64,000 nucleotides of DNA from Eledone cirrhosa (GCA_964016885.1 OZ024751.1:8618001-8682000), one strand, 5' to 3'. Counted from the stretch's first letter, positions 41,610-54,347 are shown. Notes: generated from the sequence alone by a model not told the origin. A program made the numbers and translations.

Positions 41610-41722
41610 ACATGCTACTGTACTTCTGTATACATATATGTATGTACGTATACATACATACTTGCATTTAAGTAAGTGCCGTTCTAAGAGTGAGAAATGA
41701 AATTTCGTTTCATTCTATTCTA
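41101..41722. mobile_element. Family D1: about 467-bp ORF-less unit (1.2x) plus short inverted arm
   Basis: tgtacttctgtatacata at 41152 and 41619; 41101-41152 is inverted relative to 41207-41261. Confidence 0.85.
41383..41423 (+). ncRNA. Minimal HHR (D); also 47786-47826 (+) and 47378-47418 (-)
   Basis: cggtg-CTGACGA-t-agct aaca agct-t-GAAA-ctag-TA-catcg. Confidence 0.8.
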
Positions 41723-42080
41723 TCTATTTATATATATATATGTTTATATATATATATATGTATATATATATATTTTTCGTTTCTGAATTTGTTTAGCAAG
41801 ATTCTTTATCTGAAATCGTGTGTTGAAACCGATATTGTTATACTTTGGGAGGGTCATGTTGCCAATAAGAAACACACGCACCAGTTTAGACAAATTACAG
41901 AGGCAATAAACATAAAAGAATTACAACCAAAATTGAATAGAAAATATGAGTGGAACAGCAACATAACAACTTACAATTAAGGACAAAATGAAAACACACA
42001 CACACATAGAACAAACAACCAACCAATAACATGTAAATAAATAAACAAATAGATAAATGAACACAAACACACACAGACAC

Positions 42081-42137
42081 CCGGATGTGGCGCATGCGCA
42101 AACTGACACACAACACACACACAGAAACAAAATGGCG
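42081..42137 (+). promoter_or_regulatory. ETS + NRF1 + YY1 motif cluster upstream of the HHR in the A2 terminal repeat
   Basis: ccggatgt 42081, gcgcatgcgca 42090, aaaatggcg 42129; the NRF1 and YY1 motifs are also in A1 (8838, 8921). Confidence 0.5.
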
Positions 42138-42183
42138 TAGGACAGAAGAAAGGAAAGGCACAGAAACAAAGAAAGGAATCCCC

Positions 42184-42228
42184 AGTCACTGAAGAGGTCA
42201 CAGAGTGTGTGACGAAAGGACTATGACT
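42184..42228 (+). ncRNA. Minimal HHR (A2); degenerate copies at about 54029-54073 (+) and 52596-52640 (-)
   Basis: agtca-CTGAAGA-g-gtcaca gagtg tgtgac-GAAA-ggac-TA-tgact. Confidence 0.8.
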
Positions 42229-42419
42229 ATATATAAACAACTATCTGGTTGTGGAACCTACCAATCAGAAATTTATAAATTTGTAGATTTGTAAATTTAT
42301 AAATTTATAAATATATAATAAATTGAAGTGAAAGCAACTGGTGCGTGTGTTTCTTATTGGCAACATGACCCTCCCAAAGTATAACAATATATATATATAA
42401 TTATATATATATATATTAT

Positions 42420-42474
<55 letters not shown>

Positions 42475-42505
42475 ATATATTTATTTTTATATATATATTT
42501 ATATA

Positions 42506-42660
42506 GTATTAGTTATACTATTTATGGTTATGTAAATACAAAACCTTATGCAGTTATAAGTATTTTACACACACCCTAAATAGTGGTAGGCAGTAATGTA
42601 TTACTACCTTATTACCAGTAAGTTAAGTAGCTCAATGGTTCTTTGATTCTTATATATTTC
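42506..42660. mobile_element. Family C mini-insertion made of its two termini only
   Basis: Long terminus (-) 42506-42638 fused to short terminus (+) gttctttgattcttatatatttc. Confidence 0.8.
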
Positions 42661-42690
42661 ATATATTTATATATATATATTTATATATAT

Positions 42691-44603
42691 GAAATATATG
42701 AAATATATGAATCAAAGAACTGTTCAAAACATTATTGTGCTTACAGCTGTTTCCTCCAAACCGAGGTTTGGATTCTTCGGAGCAATTTATTAATGCATGG
42801 ACAGTTATATGACCTCCTTTTCAGCCGAGAGACATACCAACACATATTCAAACATTGATACATATTCAAACATTGTGGGTCAACATTCATTTAAGCCCCA
42901 TATATAGCAATGTCGGACTGGAACCTAACACCACATCTAGCATCAAACACCAGAGACACACCCTATACTACATACCCAACACTAGCTGATCCATTATAAC
43001 ACAAACAACGACATCCCTCTGGAACCCTTCGCAGGGAAAATACCCATTTATACCTCTACGGCAGGTGTGACAACATCCACCCACCTGGACGGCACTACGC
43101 CGCTCTAAGGGTAATTTGAGCATCAATTGATCGGTTGGATGGTGTTGGGCAGAGGAAACACCTTCCTTAGACAGATGTAAAATGATTTAATCGAGTAGCG
43201 CTGTTGACCAGTAGGACCAGGCCGCTGAGCGCAGTGAGTGAATGCAATGCAACTGCCGTGCGGGTTGTACGTATATGGATGATCTGACGGTCAGAGAGGG
43301 GTCGCGAGGACTGCGACTTGACCTTTGGCCTGCCTGGGGATGATTATCTTTCGACATCCAATGTAGCAAGCGATGACCCGGATCTTACCAGAGATCATTG
43401 GGTCCTGAAGCAATCCTGCAATCACCGCGCCTGGTCATATGAGCAGACTACAACCATAGAGATCATTAATTTAGAATCCTCGCTCATCATCTATAATTTC
43501 CATTTGTAGCACCTTGAGATGGGTTAATCCACCCTAATAATAATATGATCACCTTCAGCATAATTTAGTTAAACTACTCTATAGTTAGTACACTTTATGC
43601 TTTAAAAGTCTCTCTTGGAAGGTGCACCTCACCATAGAATTTAGGGTCTATATTGAGACACATTTTAATGGCTAGATATGGAAACCCCAGAGTTACCTCC
43701 CCGCATGCATTAACTCCCCTTAGCCACACACACACTTCCGGTATTCAATGGCGTCTCTCGAAACGTAACAACCACCTGTATCGAACTAAAGAGCACCAGA
43801 CTACGATCTCTAACTGGATTGTCGTGGATTATGTGAAAGGCATATAATCGAAATATACACTCCCTTGACCATGAAAATACCGAAGTACATGAATTACTTG
43901 ACATCCCTGCGCTGTGCATCTCCAATACTTATAACACTTTTAATGCTTGCACTATCTTTAATGCTTATAATATTTCTCCACACACAGACTACATCAATCA
44001 TATAAAGACTTTGCCACCAGATCTACCAACCTAACACTCTTATTTACCTACCTAAGTGCCTCTACCACACATATCTCTCTGCCACACTATATAAACAAGA
44101 CGCACATGCGTGCCACACATATAACATTTGCACTATATAACCACTTATCTTCATGTTGTACTTTAACCTATATCTTTGATTTTTTTGATTGTACCTATTA
44201 ATATAAATGTAATCTCGAAGTGTGTACTGCCACTCTAAATTCTGTAATGAATGTTGACCCACAATGTTTGAATATGTATCAATGTTTGAATATGTGTTGG
44301 TATGTCTCTCGGCTGAAAAGGAGGTCATATAACTGTCCATGCATTAATAAATTGCTCCGAAGAATCCAAACCTCGGTTTGGAGGAAACAGCTGTAAGCAC
44401 AATAATGTTTTGAACAGTTCTTTGATTCATATATTTCATATAACTGCTCTGTAAATCATCTGATGTTTTTACATTGAGCTACTTAACTTACTGGTAATAA
44501 GGTAGTAATACATTACTGCCTACCACTATTTAGGGTGTGTGTAAAATACTTACAACTGCTTAAGGTTTTGTGTTTACATAACCATAAATAGTATAACTAA
44601 TAC
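42691..44603 (+). mobile_element. PLE family C copy 1: non-coding 3' part with inverted arm
   Basis: Arm 42691-42890 is the reverse complement of 44247-44440; the body matches 61418-62966. Confidence 0.92.
44353..44399 (+). ncRNA. HHR with CCGAAGA core (C); also 62882-62928 (+), 42738-42784 (-), 60832-60878 (-)
   Basis: tgct-CCGAAGA-a-tccaaac ctcg gtttgga-g-GAAA-cagctg-TA-agca. Confidence 0.85.
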
Positions 44604-44623
44604 TATATTTATATATATATATT

Positions 44624-44760
<137 letters not shown>

Positions 44761-44763
44761 ATT

Positions 44764-44812
<49 letters not shown>

Positions 44813-44897
44813 ATATTTATATCTCTCTCTATATATATATATATTTATATATATATTTATATCTATATCTATATATATTTATATATATATATATATA

Positions 44898-45166
44898 TTA
44901 TTATTATGTAATAAACAACATAAGGCAATTATTCCATTTACCAGTGGTTTCTTAAAAGCAAAAGGTTTTGCTTTCAATCCTCAGAATGAAAAATCCTGGT
45001 TTTTTTCATTCTGAGGATTGAAAGCAAAACCTTTTGCTTTTAAGAAACCACTGGTAAATGGAATAATTGCCTTATGTTGTTTATTACATAATAATAATAA
45101 TTAAGCTCTGTTGCTTACATAGAGCACTCTTTTTTCCTGGACTTTTCCGATGGAATTACTTCATTC
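44898..45166. mobile_element. Family L: perfect fold-back with about 95-bp arms plus a tail on the right
   Basis: 44898-44993 is the reverse complement of 45002-45097; (TA)n flanks. Confidence 0.92.
45005..45062 (+). ncRNA. HHR (L); mirror copy 44933-44990 (-)
   Basis: ttcatt-CTGAGGA-ttgaaagcaaaa cc ttttgcttttaa-GAAA-ccactgg-TA-aatgga. Confidence 0.85.
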
Positions 45167-45260
45167 ATACATATATATATATATATATATTTATATCTAT
45201 ATATATATTTATATATATATATTTATATCTATATATATATATATATGTATATATATATTT

Positions 45261-46500
45261 AACAATTAAGTTAAAGTGTACATCTATATATGTATACGGA
45301 AGTATTAGTATGCATATAAATACACATATGTATACATATGTACATGTACCGAGCTTTTCACTAGACACTTTACAGTGAGTGTCCAGCTAGTCTGTATGTA
45401 AACAGACGAACCGGGTTTTAAAGTCATACGAGTTTTCAAGGAAACACATTTCCTCTATTCCCCAGAGAGCCAGACAGGAATATTGGACTAGTTTCGATGT
45501 CATTACATCTCATCAGTAATATATACCCTGATTCCGGCTTCTCTGGAGAATTGTAAAAGCACATATCGTTATATACTTTTTCTATGAAAATCAGTAGTGG
45601 GCAGACTAATTTGCATAGAACGTGAGTCATTGTACGCACCTGTTCAGCGGAAACGATAAAAACAAATAACGAAACGAAATTAAGTTTCGTTTCGCTTCTA
45701 ACTCACTTTTGTATGACTGACGCTTGAACAATTAAGTTAAAGTGTACATCTATATATGTATACGGAAGTATTAGTATGCATATAAATACACATATGTATA
45801 CATATGTACATGTACTGATCTTTTCACTAGACACTTTACAGTGAGTGTCCAGCTAGTCTGTATGTAAACAGACGAACCGGGTTTTAAAGTCATACGAGTT
45901 TTCAAGGAAACACATTTCCTCTATTCCCCAGAGAGCCAGACAGGAATATTGGACTAGTTTCTATGTTATTACATCTCATCAGCAATATATACCTATCTTT
46001 CCGGCTTCTCTGGAGAATTGTAAAAGCACATATCGTTATATGCTTTTTCTATGAAAATCAGTAGTGGGTAGACTAATTTGCATAGAACGTGAGTCATTGT
46101 ACGCACCGGTTCAGCGGAAACGATAAAAACGAATAACGAAACGAAATTAAATTTCCTTTCGCTTCTAACTCACTTTTGTATGACTGACGCTTGAACAATT
46201 AAGTTAAAGTGTACATCTATATATGTATACGGAAGTATTATTATGGATATAAATACACATATTTATACATATGTACATGTACCGAGCTTTTCACTAGACA
46301 CTTTACAGTGAGTGTCCAGCTAGTCTGTATGTAAACAGACGAACCGGGTTTTAAAGTCATACGAGTTTTCAAGGAAACACATTTCCTCTATTCTCCAGAG
46401 AGCCAGAGAGGAATATTGGACTAGTTTCGATGTTATTACATCTCATCAGCAATATATACCTATCTTTCCGGCTTCTCTGGAGAATTGTAAAAGCACATAT
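45261..46500 (-). repeat. Family E: 466-467-bp ORF-less tandem unit x2.65 with one HHR per unit (retrozyme-like)
   Basis: aacaattaagttaaag at 45261, 45727 and 46194. Confidence 0.95.
46413..46455 (-). ncRNA. Canonical minimal HHR (E); also 45480-45522 and 45946-45988
   Basis: atattg-CTGATGA-gatg taataa catc-GAAA-ctag-TC-caatat. Confidence 0.9.
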
Positions 46501-46870
46501 TTGTATGATGATTATTATTATTCATCTGTTACCTCAGCTGCCTCTCATTTTTCACCTCCTCACTATTTCTCTCTCCCATATCTCTCTCTATCTCTCTCTG
46601 TTTTTCTTTACATACATTTATTCCTTCTCTACGTCTTTCTTTCTAACTGTGCTTAACACTAAATATTTACAAACATTTCACTACCAAACCAACTTTTTTA
46701 AATGGAAGTTGATCAATATTTCATGGTACGTCAAATTTATTTATAAAACTGCTTATATATTGTATTTTATCTGAAGAAGGCATGCCATATTTTTAATATG
46801 GTATCCCTGAAATATGTATAATGAAATAAATATGGTTTTATAAATATAGTTTCCATTTGTTTAATATCGT
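46501..46870 (+). mobile_element. Family I: PLE-type 3' terminal fragment fused to the E array
   Basis: CT-rich stretch, then an HHR, then (TA)n. Confidence 0.7.
46763..46828 (+). ncRNA. HHR (I)
   Basis: tattttat-CTGAAGA-aggcatgccatatt ttt aatatggtatccct-GAAA-tatgta-TA-atgaaata; 8-bp helix I. Confidence 0.85.
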
Positions 46871-46911
46871 ATATATATATATATATATTTATATCTGTAT
46901 ATATATATATT

Positions 46912-46943
<32 letters not shown>

Positions 46944-47091
46944 TGTTTATATATATATATATTTATATATATAAGATCAAAAGATGGTTAAATGAGTTCC
47001 ATGTATTTTATTATGCGCATTTCAAAAACAAATATCATCATGCAATATATTTATATATATATATATTTATATATATATATATATTTATATC

Positions 47092-47122
<31 letters not shown>

Positions 47123-47139
47123 ATATATATATTTATATC

Positions 47140-47170
<31 letters not shown>

Positions 47171-47171
<1 letters not shown>

Positions 47172-48099
47172 AGTATGTATGTATACATACATATATTTAT
47201 ACAGACGTACATTAGTATGCATATATATATACATACATGTACACCAATATATATATACGTATCGGATTTCCGAACATTTATTATAATGTTCGGTTTGATT
47301 GTAAACCAACAGCCTGAATTAAGCCGTCCAGTTTTCAGCAACCATCGTTGCCATTTTGTTCAACACTGACAAAGGAACGATGTACTAGTTTCAAGTTTAA
47401 TAGTTATCGTCAGCATCGTGTCCCTTCCTGCAAGTTGATGAACGTCTGAAAGTATATACTTTCCTTATGCATATTACCGGCTGAGCAGTTATATTAAATG
47501 TTCGGTAAACCGATACGTACATAAATATATGTGTACATGCATGTACATACATACTACTGTACGTCTGTATACATATATGTATGTACGTATACATACATAC
47601 TTACATTTAAGTAACTGCCATACTAAGAGTCAGAAACGAAATTTCGTTTCATTTTTTCCATTTATCGTTTTCGGGGTGCACGGCCGACTAAACTCACTCG
47701 ATATGCAAATTGAGCTGCTCAGCCATTAATATCCATAAGTAAAGTATATACTTTCAGATGTTCAATCATCGGGCAGGAAGGTATACGATGCTGACGATAG
47801 CTAATAAGTTTGAAACTAGTACATCGTTTCTATGTCAGTGTTGAACAAAGGGCAACGATGGTTGCTAAAAACTGAACGCCTTAATTCGGGCTGTTTGTTT
47901 ACAAACAAACCGAACATTATAATAAATGTTCGGTAAACCGATACGTAGATATATAAATATGTGTATATGTATGTATATATATATACATACTACTGTACGT
48001 CTGTATACATATATGTATGTACTTATACATACATACTTACATTTAAGTAACTGCCGTGCGAAGAGTGAAAAATGAAATTTCGTTTCATTTTTTCCATGT
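47171..48099. mobile_element. Family D2: inverted arm (47171-47488) plus about 428-bp unit x1.4
   Basis: ttcggtaaaccgatacgta at 47501 and 47929; homologous to D1. Confidence 0.85.
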
Positions 48100-48114
48100 A
48101 TATATATATATATA

Positions 48115-49691
48115 ACGAAGGAGATGTGGTAAGGAACCAGGTGGATCATAACGCACCAAAGTACTCAATACTTAGGGTAGTAGAGTGGGTAATAGGAACG
48201 TGTAGGACCCCGACGGCTGAGCTCAAGCCGTTTCGACGGCTAATTCTGGACTAAATGAAAATTTGTATCCTGGTATATGAATAGTCGAGCTTCTCAGGGG
48301 GTAATTCCATATATGATAAAAGTTATTGTCACAAGGATTGATCAAAAGTTTGTTGTTGAGACACATAATTCTATCATGGCAATTTGTGGAAGGAAGTGTT
48401 AGCTGAATGCAAACACAGATTGCGTAGGACTTTCCTCGCTCTCAAACCCCATAATGACCCGGGGGGGGGGGGATACTAGGGCTGTAACACACCCCACTTG
48501 TCGAATTTGTAATGGGTAACTCCTGCTTGCAAAGGTAGACGTAAGATCTTCTTTTATATCTTTTTATCGTTTCCTCTATATCTCCTTCTTCCCCCATCCC
48601 TACCTAGTCCTTCCTCCCCAGTCCTCCTTCTTTGTCGTCGTCCTTTTCATTTTCTCGCCCACGGGAGGCAGCCCCTCAGTCCTTTGTAGCCTCAGTACCC
48701 ACCCCCATCCCCTATTCTATGATAGAATTGACCGACTCCGCTTTTTATAGCAGATGTGATAGACCCCAGATACTTGCTTTCTTATCCGATGGCTGCCCCA
48801 TTTCTGTGCTTTCTACATTTCTTAGTGGTATCTCTGCTTTAATTTCTCGTATATCAGTAATTATTTTTTTTTTTGATTCTGAATTAATTTTCCGTATCAA
48901 ATTGTTCTTATACCTCGTACGAGCATTATGCAGTTTGCACTAGAATTTTTGTATCGTAGCGGCACCCTTAGAGATAGTATTAGTATTCTTTTTCGGGATT
49001 CTGAATAATTATTTCGTATTAGTTTATTTTTGGCACTGGGTGGTTGTTGACTTCTGCCTGGGTAGAAACATTTACTTCGTATTAGTTTCGGGACTCTGAA
49101 TTATTATTTCGTGGTAGTTTCTTTAGTATTTTTGCCCCCACTTGTTGACGTGTCACCGTAAGATATAAATCGGTTGATTAATACTGACTCTTAAAATGGG
49201 CTCAGTAGAATTCCGTCTCACCTAGTAAACTTTTCTAAAGTTTAGCTGTACCAGTGAGAGATTTGATAATTGTGGAAGGGGAATAGTAACCAGAAATTGT
49301 GTTTTTTTATATTTTTTATATTTTTCTATATATTTACTCCATATAGATTTACTTATTGTTTCGACTCCCCCCCCCCTAGTATACTTGCTTGACCTCCTGC
49401 CCTGCTGTAGTTGGCACTATCAACGCACGGCTGGGTTTCCCCCATTCCCTCTCCCTCTCCCTCTTTCTTCTACTGGCAGATTCAGCTACCCCTTCCTTCC
49501 ACAAATTGCCATGATAGAATTATGTGTCTCAACAACAAACTTTTGATCAATCCTTGTGACAATAACTTTTATCATATATGGAATTACCCCCTGAGAAGCT
49601 CGGCTATTCATATACCAGGATAAAAATGTTCATTTAGTCCAGAATTAGCTCTCGAAACGGCTTGAGCTCAGCCGTCGGGGTCCTACTCGTT

Positions 49692-49694
<3 letters not shown>
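48115..49694. mobile_element. Family M: non-autonomous element with about 215-bp inverted arms inside (TA)n
   Basis: 48192-48408 is the reverse complement of 49478-49694; about 77-nt left tail; HHR-like cccc-CTGAGAA...GAAA-cggcttgagctcagccg-TC-gggg at 49587-49680; related terminus at 6428-6460. Confidence 0.85.
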
Positions 49695-49783
<89 letters not shown>

Positions 49784-49785
49784 TA

Positions 49786-49983
49786 AAGAGAGAAAGAGAT
49801 GAAATCGAAAATGCAGCTGGAGTCTTATTTTTTTTTTTTTTTTAAATATATATATTTATTTGGTTCCTTTACCGGTTTCGCAGTTCTTCTGCTTTTCCAA
49901 AGTAGAGTTGAGATGGAGGACTGTGGTTTTTCTCACATAAGTGAGAAAAACCACAAACCCTCCATCTCAACTCTACTTTTGAA
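49786..49983. mobile_element. Family N mini fold-back with HHR remnant (49867-49902, -)
   Basis: Hairpin 49899-49979; ctt-T(G/T)GAAAA-gcag aagaa ctgc-GAAA-ccgg-TA-aag. Confidence 0.7.
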
Positions 49984-50004
49984 TATATATATATATTTAT
50001 ATAC

Positions 50005-50236
<232 letters not shown>

Positions 50237-50280
50237 ATTTATATATATATATTTATATATATGTATATTTATATATATAT

Positions 50281-50725
50281 TAGAATTGGAGCTCTGAAAT
50301 AGCAATATATATATATGAATGTATATATAATGTATTTTGCAATACACTTTATGCTTAATTAAAAGCATTTTCAAGACCGTATGTTATTGTGTTAGAGTAG
50401 TGACAAACTCACTTACTTTAATATCAGCAAACAAGGGGAGATAAGCCGACAAGGCCTTGTTTCGCATTTATTGATGCTTATCAAGGCTAACTACTCCCTC
50501 CTGTCTACTGAGATCATTGATGTTATATTTTTATAGAATTCTAGTAAATAATCAGGAACTGGTTATACAGAGCGGTTGCCGGTCAGGCAGAAATTAAAAA
50601 TTAGAATTGTTTGCTGAGATTAAAGTAAGTGAGTTTGTCACTACTCAAAAACAATAGCATACGGTCTTCAAAATGCTTTTAATTAAGCATAAAGTGAATT
50701 GCAAAATACATTATATATACATTTA
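50281..50725. mobile_element. Family G2: one unit of about 321 bp plus inverted arm
   Basis: Homologous to G1; arm 50608-50725. Confidence 0.9.
50444..50488 (-). ncRNA. HHR, U3:A8 variant (G2)
   Basis: agcc-TTGATAA-gcat caataa atgc-GAAA-caaggccttg-TC-ggct. Confidence 0.88.
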
Positions 50726-50736
50726 TATATATATAA

Positions 50737-50771
<35 letters not shown>

Positions 50772-50829
50772 TTAATTTATATATATATATATATTTATAT
50801 ATATTAATTTATATATATTTATATGATTA

Positions 50830-50885
<56 letters not shown>

Positions 50886-50912
50886 TAATTTATATATATA
50901 TATATATATATA

Positions 50913-51064
50913 TTGTTATACTTGAGGAGGGCTATATGTTTCTAATATTGCCAGAATTAATAATTCTGGCAATATTACACAAATATGACCCTCCCCAAGT
51001 ATAACAATATTTGTTTCGACACACGATTTCGTATAAAAAGCCTCGCAAAACTAATTCGTCGCCG
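50913..51064. mobile_element. Family A1 mini-insertion (two termini only)
   Basis: Short terminus (-) 50913-50960 plus long terminus (+) ending ttcgtcgccg. Confidence 0.88.
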
Positions 51065-51092
51065 ATATATTTATATATATTTATATATATTA

Positions 51093-51127
<35 letters not shown>

Positions 51128-51130
<3 letters not shown>

Positions 51131-51947
51131 ATTTTTGAAATTTAAATTTGTCTAAACACCATGGCCATTTGCCAATACTGTTTGTTTGTGTTGATTTAAT
51201 ATTTTAAATCGATGTAGGCAGGCTGTAATATTATAATTAGTATATTTCCTTCTAGCTAACTTAATTCATTTTGCAATATAATCAAAGATATGTTGGTATC
51301 TATGTTTCATCATATATATTGATTTATATTTATTACACAGCTTAGAAATATTCTTTTCTTTGAGCTATTTTCATTGTAAAGGAATGCTTGAGATTTGAAC
51401 TCATTACACTTAATAAAATTGCTCCTTAGGTTGAGCTGATAGTAGCCCCATATATACGGCTGTTATTTCTAGCAGTACGCGTATGAGGCTGGCTAGAAAC
51501 TGTAAAACCATGTGCGTTAAACAGTCTTTTAAAATATTTGGAAGTGAAGCATATCAATTTGTTCTGGGTGTTTACTGAAGAGAGCGGGACATGATATCTT
51601 TACACTTATTTATCTCGAAACATATTTGGAATTTAAAGTTTAAACTTATCTACGGAACAGGTTTGATTTTGAAATTTAAATTTGTCTGAACACCATGGCC
51701 ATTTGCCAATACTGTTTGTTTGTGTTGATTTATTATTTTAAATCGATGTAGGCAGGCTGTAATATTAAAATTAGTATATTTCCTTCTAGCTAACTTAATT
51801 CATTTTGCAATATGAACAAAGATATGTTGGTATCTGTGTTTCATCATATATATTGATTTATATTTATTACACGGCTTAGAAATATTCTTTTCTTTGAGCT
51901 ATTTTCATTGTAAAGGAATGCTTGAGATTTGAACTCATTACACTTAA
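51128..51947 (+). repeat. Family H: 535-bp unit x1.5 inside (TA)n, degenerate HHR at 51571-51631
   Basis: ttgattttgaaatttaaatttgtct at about 51128 and 51663; CTGAAGA-gag...ctc-GAAA-catat. Confidence 0.85.
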
Positions 51948-51996
51948 TATATATATATATATTTATATATATATACATTGTTTTATATATATATTT

Positions 51997-52029
<33 letters not shown>

Positions 52030-52167
52030 ATATATTTTTATATATATATATTTTTATATATATAATTTTTATATATATATATTTATATATATTTATATAT
52101 TTATATATATATATGTTTTTATATATATATATTTATATATATATATATTTAAATATATATATATATT

Positions 52168-52202
<35 letters not shown>

Positions 52203-52223
52203 AAATATATATTTATATATATA

Positions 52224-52327
<104 letters not shown>

Positions 52328-52445
52328 TATATATATATATTTATATATATATATTTATATATATATATATATTTATATACATATATTTTTTTTTTAATAT
52401 ATATATTTATATATATATATATATTCATATATATATATTTATATA

Positions 52446-54283
52446 TTGTTATACTTTGGGAGGGTCATGTTGCCAATAAGAAACACACGCACAAGTAGCT
52501 TTCACTTCAATTTATTATAATAAATTTATAAATTCAGGATTTTATGAATTTCCGGTTGGTTGGTTGGTTCCACAACCAGATTGTTGTTTATATATTGTCA
52601 AAGTTCTTTCGTCACACATTATTGGACCTCTTCAGTGACTGGGGATTCTTTTCTTTGTTTTTGTGCCTCTCCTTTGTTCTGTCCTACGCCATTTTGTTTC
52701 TGTGTGAGTGTTGTGTGCTCAGTCTGCGCATGCGCCACATCCCCACTAGAGAACAGTCAGGAATTAGAGATGGAAAGCATCCAGCAAATAGCTAACTCCA
52801 TCCACCAGAGCATTAGAGTTACTATAGACGACCCAAGTAAACACCCCAACCATCGATTACCTGTACTAGACACAGAGCTCTGGTTAGATACAATTAATAA
52901 CAAACAACAAATCATCCATTCCCATTATGCCACACCCATGACTTCCAAATATCTGATTCACCGAAACTCAGCTGTTTCGGACCATACCAAAATTAACATA
53001 CTGATTAGGGATTTGGTATGGGTGATGAGAAACGTGTCCCGCATGTGCAAGCCCGAAGAACTAGAGAGACACATACAAAACTTCATCCACCGTATGCAGT
53101 TCTCTGGTTACAATCAGAGAGATAAAATCAGAGTGTATAGTAGAGCCAGAACCAAATGGGAAAAAATGGTAAATAATGACACAAATGGGTCCTGCCCCTT
53201 GTATAGGAGCAAATTTTTGAATAGAATAGAAAGAACTTGGAATAAGGCTAATAGAATAAACTCATGGTATGATAGCAATAAATACCAGAGTGTAATGTTC
53301 ATCGATACAACCCCTAGAGGTGAATTAGCTTACAAGTTTAGAAGGGCCCTAGATAAACAAAAACTCAATATTAAGATAGTAGAAAGACCAGGTACCTCCG
53401 TAAAAACACTTATTAGCAAGACATACCCTTTTCAAAAACCTCCCTATATAGATAAGAAATGTATAACCTTTAAATTAAGCCCACATATTAACTGTAAAAC
53501 TAGAAATGTAGTATATAGCATAAGATGTACTGAAGAACAATGTAGAAACAAAAATATAGTGTACATAGGTGAGACAGCTTGTAGTGTAGGGGTACGGATA
53601 AATGAACACTGGCGAGAACTACAAGATAGTAAAGAATCATCTGTAATCTACCAACATTCTAAAATAGAACATAAGGGTAAATTTGAGAACATAGAAATAA
53701 ATACAGAATCTACACACAGAAAAGACGCAATGTTTAGACAAATCACAGAGGCAATAAACATAAAAGAATTACAACCAAAATTAAATAGAAAACATGAGTG
53801 GAACAGCAACATCGCAACTTACAATTAAGGACAAAATGAAAACACACACGCACATAGAACAAACAACCAACCTGTAACATGTAAATAAACAAACAAATAA
53901 ACGAATATAAACACACACAGAGACCCGGATGTGGCGCATGCGCAGACTCAGCACACAACACACACACAGAAACAAAATAGCGTAGGACAGAACAAAGGAG
54001 AGGCACAAAAACAAAGAAAAGAATCCCCAGTCACTGAAGAGGTCACAGAATGCGTGACGAAAGAACTTTGTCAATATATAAACAACTATCTGGTTGTGGA
54101 ACCAACCAACCAACCGGAAATTAATAAATTCCTAAATTTATAAATTTATTATAATAAATTGAAGTGAAAGCTGGTGGTGCGTGTGTTTCTTATTGGCAAC
54201 ATGACCCTCCTAAAGTATAACAATATCGGTTTCAACGCACGTTTTCAGATAAAGAATCTTGCTAAACAAATTCAGAAACGAAA
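52446..54283 (+). mobile_element. PLE family A2, 5'-truncated, with inverted terminal repeat (52446-52741)
   Basis: Arm is the reverse complement of 53927-54223; 60-nt extra tail on the right; (TA)n flanks. Confidence 0.95.
52742..53828 (+). CDS. PLE RT thumb + GIY-YIG fragment (A2); residues called from 52560-52741 come from the inverted arm
   Basis: LPVLDTELW, RMQFSGY, VVYSIRC..VYIGETA; clear paralogue of A1. Confidence 0.88.
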
Positions 54284-54347
54284 TATATTTATATATATAT
54301 ATATATATATATTTTCATATATATATATTTATATATATATATATATT

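Larger units (their letters stand above)
41775..42387 (+). mobile_element. PLE family A2 short copy: inverted long terminus + last GIY-YIG codons + 3' region
   Basis: FRQITEAINIKELQPKLNRKYEWN matches the end of ORF 52560-53828. Confidence 0.9.

Noticed and set aside
52560-52741. Novel N-terminus on the PLE ORF (also 24466-24493 and 60887-60933)
   Set aside because: Chance read-through from the inverted arm; two of the three use non-ATG starts
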